DNA from: Dehalococcoidia bacterium | GTDB lineage: Bacteria > Chloroflexota > Dehalococcoidia > Plut-88900 | Direction of reading: 5' to 3' | DNA: 64,000 nt | NCBI GenBank assembly: GCA_965249275.1 | Contig: CBDFLQ010000005.1 | Location: 480,001-544,000, forward strand | Shown: positions 60,574 to 64,000 of the stretch, piece after piece | Layout of the letters: the number at the start of each line of letters is the position of its first letter | How positions within the stretch are numbered: position 1 is the first letter of the stretch | Notes under the pieces: generated by a model | What the model was told of the DNA's origin: nothing | Seen by the model: only the letters and a program-made list of their open reading frames with translations | The model's database searches: none | Made by a program: the position numbers and the translations under genes

Positions 60574-61653
60574 CTAGGGGTCGGGCCTGGGGCGGCGGTA
60601 GAAGGGCATGGGCGTCACTGTGGCAGGGACGTGCCGGCCGCGGATATCGATATCTATGTTCGTGCCCTTGCGGGCGAGGTCTATGGGGACGAAACCCATG
60701 CCTATGTCCTGGTTGAGGCTCGGGGCACGGCCCCCGCTGGTAACCTCACCGACGGGCTGGCCTTCGTGGAGGATGGCCTGGCCGTGCCGGGGGATGCCTC
60801 GGGCGTCCATGGTGAAACCGACGAGCCGGCGATTGGGTCCTTGTTCCTTGACCTTGAGCAGGGCTTCCTTGCCGGTGAAGGGACCTGCTGTGAGGTCCAC
60901 GAAACGGCCCAGGCCCGCTTCGAAAGGGTTTACGGACGTGTTCATGTCGTTGCCGTAGAGCCGGAGGGAGGATTCGAGGCGGAGGCTGTCTCGGGCGACG
61001 AGGCCGCATGGTTCGACACCCGCGGCCCGGAGTCGGTCCCAGAGGGGGATGGCGGCGTCGGCGTTAACGATGATTTCAACTCCGTCCTCGCCGGTGTAGC
61101 CGGTGCGAGCGATGAAAGTATCAGGAGTTGGGACGGCGATGGAGAAGATTGGCGCGTTGTCGGGGTTGAAGGGTAGAAGGGACTGGACGATAGATGCGGC
61201 GCTCGGGCCCTGGACGGCGATCATGGTCGTCTCCCGAGTGTGGTCGACCATGTTGGCATTGGGGAAGTCGGAGATCTTATCGGTCAAGGTCTGGACGATT
61301 ACGTCACGGTTGGAGGCGTTGCATACGATGAAGATGCGCTGGTCCGGGAGCCGGTAGACGATGAGGTCGTCGAGGATGCCGCCGTCGGGGTTGCAGGCAA
61401 TGCAGTAGCGGGCGTGGCCGGTCGGGATGGAGGTGACGTCGGCGGTGACAACGGAGTCGGCGAGGGCCTCAGCGTCGGAGCCATTTAGGAAGAGCCTGCC
61501 CATATGGGAGACGTCGAACATGCCGGCGTGGGAGCGCACGGCGTGGTGCTCCTGGATGGCGGAGCCGTAGCGGGCAGGCATGTCCCAGCCGCCGAATTCG
61601 ATCATCTGGGCGTCGAGGGAAAGGTGGGCGGGGTGGAGGGGGGTGGTGTTCAT
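60574..61653 (-). CDS. gcvT: Glycine cleavage T protein
   Basis: TPLH, FGGWDMP, FDVSHMG, RTGYTGEDG, ARDSLRLE. Confidence 0.96.
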   Translation of the reverse strand: MNTTPLHPAHLSLDAQMIEFGGWDMPARYGSAIQEHHAVRSHAGMFDVSHMGRLFLNGSDAEALADSVVTADVTSIPTGHARYCIACNPDGGILDDLIVYRLPDQRIFIVCNASNRDVIVQTLTDKISDFPNANMVDHTRETTMIAVQGPSAASIVQSLLPFNPDNAPIFSIAVPTPDTFIARTGYTGEDGVEIIVNADAAIPLWDRLRAAGVEPCGLVARDSLRLESSLRLYGNDMNTSVNPFEAGLGRFVDLTAGPFTGKEALLKVKEQGPNRRLVGFTMDARGIPRHGQAILHEGQPVGEVTSGGRAPSLNQDIGMGFVPIDLARKGTNIDIDIRGRHVPATVTPMPFYRRPRPDP

Positions 61654-61786
61654 TGCGTGTTCGCCTAATTTCAGGCGCGTCTACTTTTCATTCACCCTCA
61701 CCCTAGCCCTCTCCCGTCAAGGGAGAGGGGACAGAACTTCATCCCCACCTCTTGCGAAAGGGTCAGGCGAAGGGATGGAGGGGTGG

Positions 61787-62116
61787 TTACTTGAGGGGGG
61801 AATAGGAGGTCGGGCCGAGGAAGGTGTGGAACTCCCGGGAGACGATCGCGCCGTGCTTCTTGCCGACATCTTCGCGTCCGGCGAGCCAATCGGGGTGGTT
61901 GAAGAAGTCCTGCCACTTCTCCTCGCGCTCGTTGAGGGACTCCCAGGCGAGCATGTAGGAAAGGGCATTGGTGTAGTCCCCGGCCACGGGGGTCCAGGCC
62001 CCGACCAACCTCATGCCGACCTTTTCGAAGACCGGTACGGCAAGGCTTTCCATAACCTCGTTGAGTGCGGCCATTTTGCCGGGCGTGGCCTCGTATCTTC
62101 GCATCTCGTAGATCAT
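61787..62116 (-). CDS. NIPSNAP family protein
   Basis: MIYEMRRY...PGK...YMLAWESL..RE..W..F...P.W...PTSYSPL. Confidence 0.9.
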   Translation of the reverse strand: MIYEMRRYEATPGKMAALNEVMESLAVPVFEKVGMRLVGAWTPVAGDYTNALSYMLAWESLNEREEKWQDFFNHPDWLAGREDVGKKHGAIVSREFHTFLGPTSYSPLK

Positions 62117-62281
62117 CGGTGCACCTCCTTAGTGGTGGGTCGAGACGGGTGCATGTTACCACAGGGATGGTGGTTCATTGAATTTTGATCTAAGGGACCA
62201 GGACCTATCGAGACACTGGCAGGTTGACAAGTCGTGAAGCTAAGATAATGTAGAGGCAAGATATACATAGGTTGGAGATAT

Positions 62282-62674
62282 ATGCTTGCAAAGACACGTT
62301 CCCACATCGAGACGGAAGAATACTGGGAAAACTTAATCAAGAAGAGTGTTTCCCGTTACTTTCTACTGGGGATGCTGGCCGAGCGGCCGATGCACGGCTA
62401 TGAGCTGGCTGCCAGCATAGAAAGCTGCTGTGAGGGGTGGAGCAAACCGACTTCAGGCATGATTTACCCGACCATTAAGGAAATGACCGAGAGCGGCCAC
62501 ATTGCGAGCAGGGAAGAAGTAATCGGGGGACGGCTCAGGAAGGTGTGCGAGCTAACGGAATCCGGCAGAGAAGCCTACAAGACAGCAGCCGGAGTCTGGG
62601 CTCGGCTACTGCCCTATCTGGAGCAATCGGTCAAGAACGCGGGAATCGAGATTAAGAAGGCGGAGGTTGATTAA
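62282..62674 (+). CDS. PadR-family transcriptional regulator
   Basis: LAERPMHGYEL, GMIYP, RKVCELTESG; vicinal CC. Confidence 0.92.
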   Translation: MLAKTRSHIETEEYWENLIKKSVSRYFLLGMLAERPMHGYELAASIESCCEGWSKPTSGMIYPTIKEMTESGHIASREEVIGGRLRKVCELTESGREAYKTAAGVWARLLPYLEQSVKNAGIEIKKAEVD

Positions 62675-62721
62675 CTGCAACCGGCATGTAATGAGGGCTG
62701 ACTCAAGAGGAGGATACAGAC

Positions 62722-63459
62722 ATGGTGAACATCGACGAAAAGAAGATCAAAGAGGTGGTTAGGGAGCACTACGGGGGGTTGGCTCGGGGGGCGAGGTCCC
62801 AGATAGGCCAGGCGGGCACGGCGCCCGAGATGGCACTATATAGCGAGGAGGAGGTTGCGGCGCTGCCGAGCGAGGCAGTGCAGGCGTCGGCGGGGTGCGG
62901 GAATCCTACGGCTTTGGCGTCGCTGAAGGTTGGGGAGACAGTGGTGGATTTCGGGAGCGGGGGAGGGATCGACTGCTTTTTGGCGGCACAGCAAGTCGGG
63001 GAGGGGGGCCGGGTTATCGGGATCGACATGACGCCCGACATGATCGCCCTCGCGAACAAGAACCGGGACAAGCTCGGCTTGGCTAATGTGGAGTTTCACC
63101 TTGCCGAGATGGAGTGCACACCCTTGGGAGAGAGCACGGTGGACGTGATCATATCCAACTGCGTGATCACCCTGGCCCCAGACAAGGATGCGGTGTTCCG
63201 GGAGGCGTACCGGATTCTGAAACCCGGCGGAAGGATGTACATCTCAGATATGGTGCTTTGGGAGGCGCTGCCACCGGAAGTGCAATCCGACATGGCCCAG
63301 TGGGTGTCCTGCGTGAGCGGGGCAGACTTGAAGGAAACGTACATGGCACGGTTAAAGTCGGCGGGATTTGAGGAAGTGCGGATAATGTCGGACAAGCAGT
63401 CTGCTTGTTATCCAGAGGCTGTCCGGGACATGGACATTGTGGCGGTTAAGCCGGGATAG
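62722..63459 (+). CDS. arsM: Arsenite S-adenosylmethionine methyltransferase
   Basis: GCGNP, DFGSGGGIDC, GIDMT, IISNCV, PDKDAVF, WVSCVSGA. Confidence 0.88.
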   Translation: MVNIDEKKIKEVVREHYGGLARGARSQIGQAGTAPEMALYSEEEVAALPSEAVQASAGCGNPTALASLKVGETVVDFGSGGGIDCFLAAQQVGEGGRVIGIDMTPDMIALANKNRDKLGLANVEFHLAEMECTPLGESTVDVIISNCVITLAPDKDAVFREAYRILKPGGRMYISDMVLWEALPPEVQSDMAQWVSCVSGADLKETYMARLKSAGFEEVRIMSDKQSACYPEAVRDMDIVAVKPG

Positions 63460-63740
63460 GGGGCAGGAACACCCGCACTCCCCTTGGCGAGCCTACGGGC
63501 CTAGCCCTCTCACCTCTGCGGCGCACCTACGGCCCGTCGAGACCACCTTACGTCCCTCCCCCCGCTCATACTTCAAGAGCCTCCCGCCCCTGCGGCTCTT
63601 CGACAGCACGAGCGGCCCCGGCCCATCCGACACTGGTTATGCAAAGGTATCATCGTAGGGGGGAGGGGATGGCGGATGTGAGTGGGCAAGTCCTAGATTC
63701 AGCGCGGAGCCTCGGGATGACATTTGACACGAGGAGCGTG

Positions 63741-64000
63741 TCAGGGGGATTGGTCGGGGGGTGGGGTGGCGGAGTAGTAGCCAGTGAGGAGGAGGTCTAG
63801 CTCCAGCATCAGCAGCTTGTTCCAGGCGATGCCGGCTCGAGTGGCGAGGTCCTTGTCTTCCAGGTCCTCGAGCAGAATTGTGCTGACGGTGGTCTGGACG
63901 AAACTCATTGTGCCCACCATGAAGGGCCCCGGGACCCGGCCCATGGGCTTCTGCATCCGGTGGCTGTGAGAAATGCCCATCGCGACCATGTGCCAGGCGA
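63741..64000 (-). CDS. C-terminal part of a protein, possibly protoglobin-like (5' end outside the window)
   Basis: Frame is open to the window edge; MGISH...AWNKLLMLELDLLL..Y resembles protoglobin terminal helices. Confidence 0.45.
   Translation of the reverse strand, partial: AWHMVAMGISHSHRMQKPMGRVPGPFMVGTMSFVQTTVSTILLEDLEDKDLATRAGIAWNKLLMLELDLLLTGYYSATPPPDQSP

Noticed and set aside
61654-61790. Glycine riboswitch upstream of gcvT
   Set aside because: The GGAGA here belongs to the CCCTCTCCC/GGGAGAGGG repeat, and no GAAG...CUCUCAGG aptamer core was seen.

Overview
GC-rich bacterial chromosome segment. Gene style and heavy tandem paralogy suggest Chloroflexota/Dehalococcoidia, possibly SAR202-like (inference only). 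Housekeeping genes: pcrA, gatC-gatA, hflK-hflC, pyrF, sfsA, a pyrR-pyrB-carA-(vapBC-HAD)-carB-pyrK operon with a PyrR attenuator, tupABC, gcvT-H-PA-PB and padR-arsM. There are also many tandem paralogs: 2 lipoproteins, 2 FAD oxidoreductases, 3 ectoine-hydrolase-like M24 proteins, and 2 amidohydrolases plus a stub. The main hidden signal is two tandem BCP/peroxiredoxin genes (22600-23067, 23276-23755) that the ORF track truncates. Each has an in-frame TGA at codon 45, exactly at the peroxidatic-Cys position, so both are probable selenoproteins with divergent active sites. Other notable items are a PyrB fused to a PyrI Zn domain and an Ada-like tail, a toxin-antitoxin pair inside the pyr operon, an AT-richer small-protein/SDH-protease cassette, a possible LexA-type promoter with no intact gene downstream, and hierarchically nested intergenic palindromic repeats. 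No rRNA, tRNA, CRISPR array or transposase was seen. All calls were made by eye, without database searches.
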